From positions 28,016-92,015 of the forward strand of contig CASDVM010000027.1 of the NCBI GenBank assembly GCA_949284415.1: a stretch of 64,000 bases of DNA, read 5' to 3'. The stretch comes from an uncultured bacterium. GTDB lineage: Bacteria > Cyanobacteriota > Vampirovibrionia > Gastranaerophilales > Gastranaerophilaceae. Below are positions 1-9,488 of the stretch, one piece after another. Every line of letters starts with the position of its first letter. The first letter of the stretch is position 1. The notes beneath the pieces are model-generated. The model ran no database searches and was not told where the DNA came from. It saw only the letters and a list, made by a program, of their open reading frames with translations. Made by a program: the position numbers and the translations under genes.

Positions 1-1271
1 ACAAATTCCTGTAAGAATAATCCTGCAGTAGATGCTCCGCCGTAGCGCGATCCTGTGTTTTTCATATCAGCGATATCAGATTTCAGGCTGTCCGTATATT
101 CTTTAAACATCGGCAGCTGCCAGTAAGTTTCGCCGGAATCTTTTGCTGTCTGGATTAATCTTTCAATCATTTGTTCATCGTTGCCCATAATACCTGATGC
201 TACGGTTCCGAGAGCTACCATACAGGCGCCTGTAAGAGTTGCAATATCTATAACTTCATCAACTCCGAGTTCGCAGGCATAACAGAGTGCATCTGCAAGA
301 GTTAATCTGCCCTCCGCATCGGTGTTATCTACTTCAATTGTTTTTCCGTTTTTGGCAGTTAAGATATCACCGGGTTTGTAAGATGAACCTGACGGCATAT
401 TTTCGCAGGCTGCAATAATTCCATGGACTTCCATATCAGGTTTAAGTTCCGTTAAAGCTCTCATTACACCTAAAATACATGCTGCGCCAGACATATCATC
501 TTTCATTGTCAGCATTGATGATGGCGGTTTAATATCAAGTCCGCCTGAGTCAAAGCAGATGCCTTTTCCGATAAGGGCGATTTTTTTCTTAACGTTTTTG
601 CCTGTGTATTTCATGTGTATGAATTTCGGCGGCCGTACGCTTCCCTGTCCTACGGCTAAATAAGCGCCCATCCCCATTCTTTCGATTTCATCTTTATCAA
701 ATATTTTTGTTTCAATACCTTCCAAACTTTTAGCGATTTCCGCAAGTTTTGAAGGTGTCGCAATTTGAGCAGGCGTATTTGCAAGATCTCTTGTGAATTT
801 CATTGCTTCACCAAACACAATTCCTTCCTTAACATCGCTTTCGGAAAATCTTGCGAATGTGATTTCATCAAGATGGTGTGCTTTTTCGGATTTGTATTTG
901 TCGTAGGCATAATCTGCAATCATTGCACCTATTGCAGCAGATTTTCCGTAATCTGCATTTACATCAAAATCAAATACTGCATTTTTTGCTTTAATTTGCT
1001 GAAGTTTTTTAACAGCTTTTGCAACAGCTTCTCTCATTTTATTATGGTCAAATTCTTCTTTTTTGCCGAAACCTATAACAAGGATTTTACCTGCAGGAAT
1101 TTGTCCTAAGGTATGTAATAAATATGTTTGACCGAATTTGCCTTCAAAATGATCTTTTTCTACAGCATAAGTATTGGCAAGCTCCTGAGAAGTTTTTTCA
1201 CCTTCAAATTTGTTGATCACAATAACTTCTGCAGGAGTGTTTTTTACGTCTTGTGAAACTTTAATTTCCAT
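1..1271 (-). CDS. pepA: Leucyl aminopeptidase, M17 family; the C-terminus runs off the window start
   Basis: Absent from the ORF track because it is truncated. Reverse translation from the ATG at 1271 (GGAGAG SD upstream) gives MEIKVSQDV... and contains the GKGICFDSGG and NTDAEGRL M17 signatures. Confidence 0.85.
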   Translation of the reverse strand, partial: MEIKVSQDVKNTPAEVIVINKFEGEKTSQELANTYAVEKDHFEGKFGQTYLLHTLGQIPAGKILVIGFGKKEEFDHNKMREAVAKAVKKLQQIKAKNAVFDFDVNADYGKSAAIGAMIADYAYDKYKSEKAHHLDEITFARFSESDVKEGIVFGEAMKFTRDLANTPAQIATPSKLAEIAKSLEGIETKIFDKDEIERMGMGAYLAVGQGSVRPPKFIHMKYTGKNVKKKIALIGKGICFDSGGLDIKPPSSMLTMKDDMSGAACILGVMRALTELKPDMEVHGIIAACENMPSGSSYKPGDILTAKNGKTIEVDNTDAEGRLTLADALCYACELGVDEVIDIATLTGACMVALGTVASGIMGNDEQMIERLIQTAKDSGETYWQLPMFKEYTDSLKSDIADMKNTGSRYGGASTAGLFLQEF

Positions 1272-1396
1272 ATATGTCTCTCTCCTTTTAACAATTTAAG
1301 TATACACTTTTTTTAAAGAATTGTAAATTAAAAATTTATGTAAGTGGCAAAATTTTGCTTTTACATATTTTTATAAAATGAAAATGAGGTAATAAA

Positions 1397-1966
1397 ATGG
1401 ATTTAAAAGTAAATAATAATTATAAAAATGCCCGCAAACCTTCTTTTACGGCTCAGTTAAGGGGTACCGCAATAAGATCCGCAATTAGAAATGCTAAAGA
1501 CGGTTTTCAAATTGGAGAAATCAGCGAAATAATCAGCAATGTGCAGGAGATGGGTGATAAAGCTACAGTAATTAACTGCTGTGCTGACGGCACAGTTATA
1601 GTAAGCAATAATAAGTTTGGAATTTCCGCTCATAAATATAAATTAAAAAAATATGAACAATCTGACAATCCTGCTTTAGATTTGTTGAGAAATTTTAGCA
1701 ATGAAAACGGTGTATTGAAAGCTGAATATAATTTATTTAATTATATTTTTGAACATAGTAAAAATACGGCTTCTAAAAAGGCTAAATACAAGTTTTATTC
1801 ATCATTACCGTTAAGCGGGACAACAAAAGGGATACTGGATGCCGCCGCGAAAAAGCAGGGAATTATTCCTGCTACTCCTATGCCTGGTATAAATGCAAAA
1901 AATCCTGAAGAAGAGTTTGAAAAATTTAAGTCAATTATTTTGAAAAACTTTGAGAAATATATTTAA
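1397..1966 (+). CDS. Hypothetical protein, 189 aa
   Basis: Long ORF in AT-rich DNA with GAGG SD-like purines before the ATG. No motif recognised. Confidence 0.5.
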   Translation: MDLKVNNNYKNARKPSFTAQLRGTAIRSAIRNAKDGFQIGEISEIISNVQEMGDKATVINCCADGTVIVSNNKFGISAHKYKLKKYEQSDNPALDLLRNFSNENGVLKAEYNLFNYIFEHSKNTASKKAKYKFYSSLPLSGTTKGILDAAAKKQGIIPATPMPGINAKNPEEEFEKFKSIILKNFEKYI

Positions 1967-2198
1967 TTACACACATAAAATATAAGAATTTTATGTAATG
2001 TATCAAAAAATAAATTTAGACTATACAAATATATATTTACATGCTATCATATTGACAGATGTAGTAGGTAAATATTTTTTGGAAATATATGCAATAAAAT
2101 TTATTTATATAGTTAAATAGTTTGAGGCTCGATAGGTTATATGTATCGGGCATTGCGTGTATTATTAAAAAATAGAAAAGGATAAGGTATAAAACTTT

Positions 2199-3719
2199 AT
2201 GGACTTTTTATTGATTATTGCGGTTATTGCGGTAATAGCATTAATCGCCGTGCTGTTTGTCCAGCAGAGCAAAACCAAATCCGTGCTTCAATCCGTTGAA
2301 AAAGACAGGAAGGCATTGGAAGAAAAAGAAAAACTGCTTCTTAAAGAGGCAAAAATCAAAGCAATCGAAGAATTGCAGGATGACAGAGAAAAACTTAACG
2401 AAGAAGAAAGAGAAAGACGTCAGGAGCTTGCAAGACAGGAACAAAAATTAGCAAAACGTGAAGATATGCTGGAAGATAAAATTCAGGAATATACTGAAAA
2501 AGATCTGCAGGCTCAAAGAAAGTTGGATGAACTTCTGGAAAAAGAAGATTATCTTGCTGAAATTGTTCAAAAACAGACAACCGAGCTTGAGAGAATTTCG
2601 GGAATGTCTGCAGAAGATGCTAAAAATATGCTTCTTGACCAGCTTAAACATGATCTGGCACAGGAGCAGATGCAGCTTATCAGAGAAAATGAAGCCAAGA
2701 TAAAAGAAACATCATTAGAAAAGGCAAAAGAAATTTTATCAACAACAATGCAGAGATGTATGATTGAGCAGGTGGTCGAAACAACTGTTTCTGTTGTTGC
2801 CTTGCCCAATGATGAAATGAAAGGCCGTATAATAGGACGTGAAGGACGTAATATCAGAGCGTTAGAAACTTTGACAGGCGTTGATTTGATTATTGATGAT
2901 ACACCTGAAGCCGTTGTATTATCAAGTTTTGATCCCGTAAGACGCGAGATTGCTAAACTGGCTCTTGAAAAACTTATTGTAGACGGTCGTATTCACCCTG
3001 TCCGTATTGAGGAAATGGTTGAAAAAGCTCAGGATGAAATTGATAAAAAAATCTGGGAAGAAGGCGAAAATGCTGCTCTTGAAATGGGTGTTATGGGCTT
3101 GAATAAAGAGCTTATCAAGACTCTAGGTCGACTTTATTACAGAACAAGCTACGGGCAGAATGTATTGAAGCATTCTCTTGAAGTCGGGCACATAGCAGGC
3201 ATGCTGGCCGCAGAAATCGGCGCGAATGAAAAAATTGCAAAACGTGCAGGTCTTTTGCATGATATTGGTAAGGCTGTTGATCAAACTCAGGAAGGCACCC
3301 ATATTCAGCTCGGGGTTGAACTTGCATCAAGATACGGTGAACGTCCTGAAGTAATTCATGCAATAGAAGCCCACCACGATGATGTTGTCGCCAATACAAT
3401 TGAAGCAGTTCTGGTAAAAGTTGCCGACGCAATTTCCGCAGGCAGACCGGGTGCGAGACGCGACACGCTTGAAATTTATATTAAACGTCTTCAAAAGATC
3501 GAAGAAATAGTTAACAGTTATGAAGGTATTAAGCAATCATTTGCGGTTCAAGCGGGACGCGAGGTCAGAATTATTGTTGAATCTGAAAGATTTGATGATC
3601 TTGCATCACAGAAACTGGCAAGAGATATTGCAAAACGTATAGAAGACGAACTTGATTACCCGGGACAAATCAGAGTTACGGTAGTAAGAGAGTTCAGAAC
3701 AACTGAAATAGCAAAATAG
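2199..3719 (+). CDS. rny: Ribonuclease Y
   Basis: N-terminal TM helix, Lys/Glu-rich coiled coil, KH motif [15 protein letters not shown] and HD domain LLHDIGK...HH. Confidence 0.95.
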   Translation: MDFLLIIAVIAVIALIAVLFVQQSKTKSVLQSVEKDRKALEEKEKLLLKEAKIKAIEELQDDREKLNEEERERRQELARQEQKLAKREDMLEDKIQEYTEKDLQAQRKLDELLEKEDYLAEIVQKQTTELERISGMSAEDAKNMLLDQLKHDLAQEQMQLIRENEAKIKETSLEKAKEILSTTMQRCMIEQVVETTVSVVALPNDEMKGRIIGREGRNIRALETLTGVDLIIDDTPEAVVLSSFDPVRREIAKLALEKLIVDGRIHPVRIEEMVEKAQDEIDKKIWEEGENAALEMGVMGLNKELIKTLGRLYYRTSYGQNVLKHSLEVGHIAGMLAAEIGANEKIAKRAGLLHDIGKAVDQTQEGTHIQLGVELASRYGERPEVIHAIEAHHDDVVANTIEAVLVKVADAISAGRPGARRDTLEIYIKRLQKIEEIVNSYEGIKQSFAVQAGREVRIIVESERFDDLASQKLARDIAKRIEDELDYPGQIRVTVVREFRTTEIAK

Positions 3720-3721
3720 AA

Positions 3722-3793
3722 GGCAAGAAGTTCAGAAGACAGGAAGGCAAGCTGATACAGATAACGCCTGACTTCCTGCCCTCCTGATCTTCG
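3722..3793 (+). terminator. Long imperfect palindrome after rny, built from the GGCAAGAAGTCAGG-type repeat unit
   Basis: GGCAAGAAGTTCAGAAGACAGGAAGGCA pairs imperfectly with GCCTGACTTCCTGCCCTCCTGATCTTC. The same unit recurs inside the pilin leaders at 9436-9463, 22636-22663 and 63976-64000. Confidence 0.5.
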
Positions 3794-3806
3794 GATATAT
3801 AAATGT

Positions 3807-4667
3807 ATGATAAAGAGTGATGATGAAACATTAAAAATATTATTTTTCGGCGATCTTGTGGGCAGACCCGGAAGATTTGCCGTACGTGATTTTCTGATGC
3901 AGGATGATTATGCTGCTCTGCCGCTGGCTGCCCGGGAAAAGTATGATTTTATAATCGCTAATGTTGAAAATGCATCTCATGGTTTCGGACTTACTGAAAA
4001 GAATTATAATGAATTATCCGAATACGGGATTGATTGTATGACATCAGGCAATCATATCTGGGATAAAAAAGAAATTTTTAACTACATAGATAAAGCTGAT
4101 AAATTAATCAGACCTTTTAATTACCCTGAAAATACTCCGGGTTTCGGAAGCCGTATTTTTGAAACGGATAACGGTGTTAAAATAGGGGTTATAAATGTTC
4201 TTGGCAGAGTTTTTATGGCGCCTGTTGAATCTCAGTGGACTGTTGTAAAAGAAGAAATAGAACGCTTAAAATCAATTACCCCTGTCGTGATAGTTGATTT
4301 TCATGCAGAAGCTACGGCAGAAAAAATCTGTTTCGGAAAATTTTGTTCAGAACTCGGCGCCAGCGCATTTTTTGGGACTCATACACATGTGCAGACAGCC
4401 GATGAACAAATTATTAATAATATGGGATATATAACAGACGCGGGTTTTTGCGGTGCGGCTGAAAGTGTTATCGGAATGGACTATAAAACTTCTCTTAACC
4501 GTTTCACAACTGTTATTCCCGAGCGGTACGATGTAGCGGACAGTAATGTCGTCCAAATAAATGCTGTTGAAGTGGAAATTAATTCAATAAGCGGGCATAC
4601 TGTAGCTGTAAAAAGAGTTTTTTGTTATGCAGATAAGAGTAAAAAGGAAGAGGAAAATGAAAAGTGA
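3807..4667 (+). CDS. ymdB: YmdB-like metallophosphoesterase (TIGR00282 type)
   Basis: FFGDLVGRPGR, ANVENASHGFG and SGNHIWDKKE motifs. The rny-ymdB gene order matches that in Firmicutes. Confidence 0.85.
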   Translation: MIKSDDETLKILFFGDLVGRPGRFAVRDFLMQDDYAALPLAAREKYDFIIANVENASHGFGLTEKNYNELSEYGIDCMTSGNHIWDKKEIFNYIDKADKLIRPFNYPENTPGFGSRIFETDNGVKIGVINVLGRVFMAPVESQWTVVKEEIERLKSITPVVIVDFHAEATAEKICFGKFCSELGASAFFGTHTHVQTADEQIINNMGYITDAGFCGAAESVIGMDYKTSLNRFTTVIPERYDVADSNVVQINAVEVEINSISGHTVAVKRVFCYADKSKKEEENEK

Positions 4668-5511
4668 TTTGCACATTCATACATTCTACTCGGACGGAGT
4701 TTTCTCGCCTGAAAAGATTGTCGATACCGCAATTGATGTAGGACTTCAGGCAATTGCTTTGACCGATCACGATAATGTTTTGTCGTATAAAGTCGCAAAA
4801 GACTATTTGAAAAAACAAAATAAAGAAGATAAACTGGAGATTATTCAGGGTATTGAAGTAAATACGCTTTATAAAAATTACGAAGTTCATATTTTAGGTT
4901 ACTTTATGGATGTAACTGATAATGATTTTCAGGAATTGTTAAAAATTCAGCAGCAGGCGCGTGTCAAACAGACAAAAGAGATTCTCGCGCTTCTTGCTAA
5001 AAAAGAAGGTATCAGAATAAAATTTGACGATATAAAAAAACAGGTTGCCGAAGGCGGAAGTATCGGCCGTCCGCATATTGCGAAAGCTATTACAAATGCC
5101 GGCGGTACAACAAGCGTTATGGAAGCTTATGCAAAGTATATCCATGATGATTCTCCTGTTTATGTACAGAGAAAAACGGTTACTCCGCAGGATGCTGTTG
5201 AAATTATCTATGATGCAGGCGGTGTTCCTGTAATAGCTCACCCTCATGATCTCGATATTGCGGAAAGTTTGATTAAAGAACTTATGCAGTACGGTTTAAG
5301 AGGAATTGAAGCTTACCACAGAAAACATACTCCTGCATGTGTTGAATATTTTTCATCAATGGCGGAAGAACTCGGGCTTATTGTAACCGGAGGATCGGAT
5401 TTCCATGCGCCGAATATTATGAACGGACAGATAATTCTCGGTAAAAACTTTGTTCCTGAATGGGTTTACGATAAATTAACCGAAGAAAAAAAACGTATTG
5501 ATATGGCGTAA
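4657..5511 (+). CDS. PHP-domain phosphoesterase (TrpH/YciV-like)
   Basis: SDLHIHTFYSDG at the N-terminus and GGSDFH near the C-terminus. The ATG at 4657 has a GGAAGAGG SD; the ORF track start at 4627 is less likely. Confidence 0.8.
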   Translation: MKSDLHIHTFYSDGVFSPEKIVDTAIDVGLQAIALTDHDNVLSYKVAKDYLKKQNKEDKLEIIQGIEVNTLYKNYEVHILGYFMDVTDNDFQELLKIQQQARVKQTKEILALLAKKEGIRIKFDDIKKQVAEGGSIGRPHIAKAITNAGGTTSVMEAYAKYIHDDSPVYVQRKTVTPQDAVEIIYDAGGVPVIAHPHDLDIAESLIKELMQYGLRGIEAYHRKHTPACVEYFSSMAEELGLIVTGGSDFHAPNIMNGQIILGKNFVPEWVYDKLTEEKKRIDMA

Positions 5512-5525
5512 TAAGAGGTTTTTTT

Positions 5526-6167
5526 ATGACAGTTAAAAACAGGTGGAAACTTGAATATTCTATAGCTCTGTTTGTAATGTTCGGAGTAATCTTGCTTATA
5601 ATGCCTTTTTCTATAGAAAATACAAGGCAGGCAAATTTTATTTCAAAGTGGAACGAAAAATTAAACCGCGTAGAATATATGTTTTCGGTTATTAATGCCC
5701 ATATAACGGACGATATGATAAAAAGTATGAATAAGTCTAATACTTCCCGTGAACGTGAAGAGTTGTTATTGACCGTTATAAAGCCGTATTTGCGTGTAAA
5801 TACTGATAATTATCCTATAAAACATTACAAACCGCGTTATATGAACGGTTCACATGTTTATAAAGGACAGACTTATTATTTTAATGATTTTTATTTCGCG
5901 GAAAACAATACTATTATCGGCTTTAAAGATATTAAAACAGACAAATCATCAGATATATGGTTTTTAATGATGTTTGATATAAACGGTCTTTTACCGCCGA
6001 ACAGGTGGGGGAAGGATATTTTTGGCATAAATATTTATGACGGCGGGAAAATAGAACCTTTTGGATATGATAAAAGTATGGAAGAATTACGAAAAGATTG
6101 TTCTTCATCGGGAACGGGGATAAGCTGCTCATATTATTATAAAATAGGCGGTGGTTTTGATGAATGA
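5526..6167 (+). CDS. Membrane-anchored protein with the C-terminal module of the pilin-like family but no canonical prepilin motif
   Basis: One N-terminal hydrophobic helix. DINGLLPPNRWGKDIFGINIY matches the family motif DxNG..PN..G.D.F seen in the six canonical paralogs. Confidence 0.45.
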   Translation: MTVKNRWKLEYSIALFVMFGVILLIMPFSIENTRQANFISKWNEKLNRVEYMFSVINAHITDDMIKSMNKSNTSREREELLLTVIKPYLRVNTDNYPIKHYKPRYMNGSHVYKGQTYYFNDFYFAENNTIIGFKDIKTDKSSDIWFLMMFDINGLLPPNRWGKDIFGINIYDGGKIEPFGYDKSMEELRKDCSSSGTGISCSYYYKIGGGFDE

Positions 6168-6753
6168 TATAAAGCGTGTTTGCGTATTCGCATCTTCCTG
6201 TAATTATCTTGAAAAATCATTCTACGGTGAAGCTGAAAAATTCGGGGATTTGTTAGGCAAATTCGGTTTTGATATGGTATATGGCGGAAGTTCTCTGGGA
6301 CTTATGTGGGCTTGTGCTAAAAAAGTTAAAGAAAACGGCGGGCAAATAATCGGTGTTATGCCTGAGAAATTACATAATATGGGAGTTAATACAGATGAAT
6401 GTGTTGAGCTGTATATTACTCCGTGTATGCGGAGCCGAAAAGCCAAAATGGACGAAATATCGGATGCTGTTGTCGCACTCCCGGGAGGTTTCGGCACTCT
6501 TGAAGAGTTATCGGAAATGATTGTGCAAAAACAATTAGGTTATAATAACAAACCTGTAGTAATTTTAAACACAAACAATTTTTATGATAAATTAATCGAA
6601 TTTTTAGATGAAGTAATTGAAAAGAAATTTGCATCCAAAAATTCCCGCACACTATTTTTTGTAGCTTCAACGCCTTTGCAAGCCGTGGAATATTTGAAAA
6701 ATTATATCCCGCAGAGTGCTCAGGTTACAAAAGAACATATTTACAACAGGTAA
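6160..6753 (+). CDS. LOG family (TIGR00730) nucleotide phosphoribohydrolase
   Basis: GGSSLGLMW and PGGFGTLEEL motifs. Confidence 0.85.
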   Translation: MNDIKRVCVFASSCNYLEKSFYGEAEKFGDLLGKFGFDMVYGGSSLGLMWACAKKVKENGGQIIGVMPEKLHNMGVNTDECVELYITPCMRSRKAKMDEISDAVVALPGGFGTLEELSEMIVQKQLGYNNKPVVILNTNNFYDKLIEFLDEVIEKKFASKNSRTLFFVASTPLQAVEYLKNYIPQSAQVTKEHIYNR

Positions 6754-6759
6754 ATCTGT

Positions 6760-7293
6760 TTAATATTGCAGCATTGAAACAGTTCTTGGGGAATCCGTTA
6801 ATTTTTCTCTGCCGTTAAGATCTGTCAGTTCGATTAAAAATGCTATACCGACTAAATTTGCGCCTGTTTTTTTGACAAGTTTGCATGCAGCTTCCGCTGT
6901 TCCGCCTGTTGCAAGCAAATCATCCACAATTAGCACATTTGCGCCTTTTTCAAAAGCATCTTTATGAACTTCAATTTTATCTGTGCCGTACTCAAGAGAA
7001 TATTCCTGAGAATACGTTTCGGCAGGTAATTTGTTGGGTTTTCTGATAGGAACAAAGCCTGCATTGAGTTTGTAAGCCATAGGCATGCCGAATATAAAAC
7101 CTCTGCTTTCTATCCCTGCGACATAATCAATTTTTACATCTTTAAATTGTGTACACAGATAGTCTATCATCACCTTTAATGTTTCAGGATCTTTCAGTGC
7201 TGTTGTTATATCGCGGAATATAATCCCTTCTTTTGGGAAATTAGGGACTGATCTGATTTTATTTCTTACGTCTATAATTGTTTCTGTAGCCAT
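6760..7293 (-). CDS. apt: Adenine phosphoribosyltransferase
   Basis: 177 aa with PRPP-binding motif VLIVDDLLATGGT. Confidence 0.92.
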   Translation of the reverse strand: MATETIIDVRNKIRSVPNFPKEGIIFRDITTALKDPETLKVMIDYLCTQFKDVKIDYVAGIESRGFIFGMPMAYKLNAGFVPIRKPNKLPAETYSQEYSLEYGTDKIEVHKDAFEKGANVLIVDDLLATGGTAEAACKLVKKTGANLVGIAFLIELTDLNGREKLTDSPRTVSMLQY

Positions 7294-7314
7294 TTTTATT
7301 TTTCTCCTTTTATT

Positions 7315-8775
7315 TTAATCCTCTTTGCCGGATTTTGTGTAGTTTTTAAATTCTCCTTCAGAGGTTCTTTCGGCAAGTATTTGTTTTAATTTTTCTCTGT
7401 ATTTTTCGGTATACTCTTTAGTATATTTTTTAGTTTTCTCTAATTCGTTTTTGATGAATGCTTTAATGCTTGCTTCTTCTTCCAGAACAAGGCCGTGTGC
7501 GGTTTTGCCCCAATTCATATCTTTTTTCATGAAAAGTATTTTAAAGCATATATATAAAACAAGCGGGAACCATATTATAAAAAGATAAATAGAGGTTTCT
7601 AATGCTTCAAATGTTGCATCGAATCTCGGCATGTAATCGTAGCGCCTCAAAGCATATCTGGCTCCGAAAAAGAAGCCGAATCCGATAGCACATCCGATAA
7701 CTATGGATGAGTAAAGCATGTGAGGCGGTGCCTGTTTGGCGAGAACTTTAAAACCGCGGATAAGAATCTCCATGACAAACCAGCCCGGCATGATAAACTG
7801 AGTTATATATGCTGTCATATCAAGGCTTGCGCGCAGGGACATATCTTTTGAAAACAAAACATCCCCCGCATATTCAAGATATCTTCTGATTGTTCCTTCC
7901 AGCCAGCGTCTTCTCTGTCTGTAAAGCGGTCTTAAATATATAATTCCTTCTTCATAAACAACAGCATCAGGACAAAATCTTATATCCCAGCCTTTTATGT
8001 GCAATCTTGTAGACATATCAAGATCGTCAACAAGTGTATAGTTATTCCATCCCCCGATATCATCAAGCGCCTGGCGTTTAATAAGCTCTCCGTTGCCTCT
8101 TAATTCTACAGCGCCTTTAATAGAGTCTCTTCCTACTTGAAAATGTGTATCCATTGTGTATTCATTGTTTTGGCATCTGGTTAGAAGATTTACGTTTTTG
8201 TTTCTTATAACTTTTCTTGCCTGAACAGCTCCTACATCTTTAGGTTCAAGATACGGTATAAGTTTTGAAAGGAAGTCGGGTTCTACTGTGGCATCAGCGT
8301 CAAATACAAGTATTGCTTCACCTTTTGCAATATTAAAAGCGTCATTTAATACGGCAGATTTCCCCGGAAATGCATCTTTAGGTCTTATCATTGCTGTAAC
8401 TTTTTCATATTTCTGTTCCAGATCTTTGATTACTGATGCTGTGTTATCGGTGCTTCTGTCATCAATTACGATAATATCAAAATTTTCATAATCCATGTTT
8501 AATATGTTACGTACAGTGTTAGAAATTACACTTTCTTCATTGTGAGCCGGTATCATGACAGTAACTGACGGTTTATAGCTTTCGTTAATTATTTGAGGGT
8601 ATTTTTCAAGTTTACGTTTTTTAAGTTTGTAAGAAAGGTTCAAAAATAACGCGTATATGAACATGAACGTGCATAAAAGCGCAAGCCCCCAAACCGTATT
8701 AAAATAGCTTTGAAATATGTAAATAAAAACTCCGAGTCCAAAAACTATGGTAAATAAAAGAATTCGTTCTTTCAT
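7315..8775 (-). CDS. Membrane glycosyltransferase family 2, processive type
   Basis: VMIPAHNEE, DDRSTDNT, DAD and QRRRW motifs, with flanking TM helices. Confidence 0.85.
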   Translation of the reverse strand: MKERILLFTIVFGLGVFIYIFQSYFNTVWGLALLCTFMFIYALFLNLSYKLKKRKLEKYPQIINESYKPSVTVMIPAHNEESVISNTVRNILNMDYENFDIIVIDDRSTDNTASVIKDLEQKYEKVTAMIRPKDAFPGKSAVLNDAFNIAKGEAILVFDADATVEPDFLSKLIPYLEPKDVGAVQARKVIRNKNVNLLTRCQNNEYTMDTHFQVGRDSIKGAVELRGNGELIKRQALDDIGGWNNYTLVDDLDMSTRLHIKGWDIRFCPDAVVYEEGIIYLRPLYRQRRRWLEGTIRRYLEYAGDVLFSKDMSLRASLDMTAYITQFIMPGWFVMEILIRGFKVLAKQAPPHMLYSSIVIGCAIGFGFFFGARYALRRYDYMPRFDATFEALETSIYLFIIWFPLVLYICFKILFMKKDMNWGKTAHGLVLEEEASIKAFIKNELEKTKKYTKEYTEKYREKLKQILAERTSEGEFKNYTKSGKED

Positions 8776-8996
8776 GCTGTCAATACCTTTTTATACTCCC
8801 GTTTTAATTCCTATAATATTATAGCAAAAACTAATTTTTCCCGTCCAAAATAAAAGAAATTTATTACTTTTTGTAATACAAATTCGTACGTTTGTATGTT
8901 TTATCGGCAAAAAAGTGTTAAAAAACGTAAAAATACTTGCTTTTAAAATAAATTACGCTATAATTAAGGATGTACAAAGAGAGAAGGAGTTTTATT

Positions 8997-9275
8997 ATGA
9001 ACAAAGAAGAATTAGTACAAGAAATTGCAAAAAAATCTAACGTAACTCAAAAAGAAGCATCAGAAGTTTTGGGTGCTTTAATTGAAACTATTCAGAAAAC
9101 GGTTTCAAAAGGCAAAAAAGTTACATTAGTAGGCTTCGGTACTTTTGAATCAAGAAAAAGAGCAGCAAGAGTCGGCCGTAACCCTCAAACCGGCAAGGAA
9201 CTTAAAATCCCTGCAAGAACAGTTCCGGCATTTTCAGCTGGTAAAAAATTCAAAGAAGCTGTTAACAAAAAATAA
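8997..9275 (+). CDS. hup: HU family DNA-binding protein
   Basis: MNKEELV...GFGTFE...RNPQTG..I motifs. AGAAGGAG SD before the ATG at 8997. Confidence 0.93.
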   Translation: MNKEELVQEIAKKSNVTQKEASEVLGALIETIQKTVSKGKKVTLVGFGTFESRKRAARVGRNPQTGKELKIPARTVPAFSAGKKFKEAVNKK

Positions 9276-9297
9276 GCAGTTTTTTGAAAGCTTTGTA

Positions 9298-9333
9298 AAC
9301 AACGGACTTAACAATATTGTTAAGTCCGTTGTT
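9298..9333 (+). terminator. Hairpin after hup
   Basis: AACAACGGACTTAACA-ATAT-TGTTAAGTCCGTTGTT, a perfect 16-bp stem. It overlaps the -35 of the next promoter. Confidence 0.6.
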
Positions 9334-9345
9334 GTATGATATAAT
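9317..9345 (+). promoter_or_regulatory. Sigma70-like promoter of pilin locus A
   Basis: TTGTTA, 17-nt spacer, then TGATATAAT (extended -10), about 35 nt upstream of the leader ATG. Confidence 0.55.
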
Positions 9346-9379
9346 AATATTAAAATTGAATTTAAGAAAGGAGCAAAGT

Positions 9380-9472
9380 ATGGGAAGTTTATTAAGAAAT
9401 GTAAATCGGGGGGGGGGGGCATTCTCGGCTGACAGGTGGCAAGAAGTCAGGAAGTCAGGTTGTTTACATTAA
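9380..9472 (+). other. Leader ORF of pilin locus A, containing a G12 tract at 9408-9419
   Basis: AGGAG at 9369-9373, ATG at 9380, sequence MGSLLRNVNRGGG, then the tract. As assembled it stops at 9470-9472. With 11 G it reads into the stop-free frame that continues as ORF 9489..10481. Confidence 0.7.
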
Positions 9473-9488
9473 TGTCATTGCGTATTTA

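Noticed and set aside
765-1109. Tracked plus-strand ORF of 114 aa.
   Set aside because: It is antisense to the clearly recognisable M17 aminopeptidase gene, and its composition is Cys/Phe-rich nonsense.
2241-3536. Many 60-105 aa ORFs on both strands inside rny.
   Set aside because: They overlap a gene with clear KH/HD motifs. They arise from the Lys/Glu-rich low-complexity region and have no start signals.
9408-9419. The poly-G tracts might simply be sequencing or assembly artefacts.
   Set aside because: This is rejected only as a full explanation. Five tracts sit at the equivalent position (8-9 codons after an SD+ATG, upstream of a pilin-like gene) and nowhere else in 64 kb, and all share the same in-phase length class. 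The exact counts (12, 9, 10, 10, 10) remain uncertain and need read-level support.
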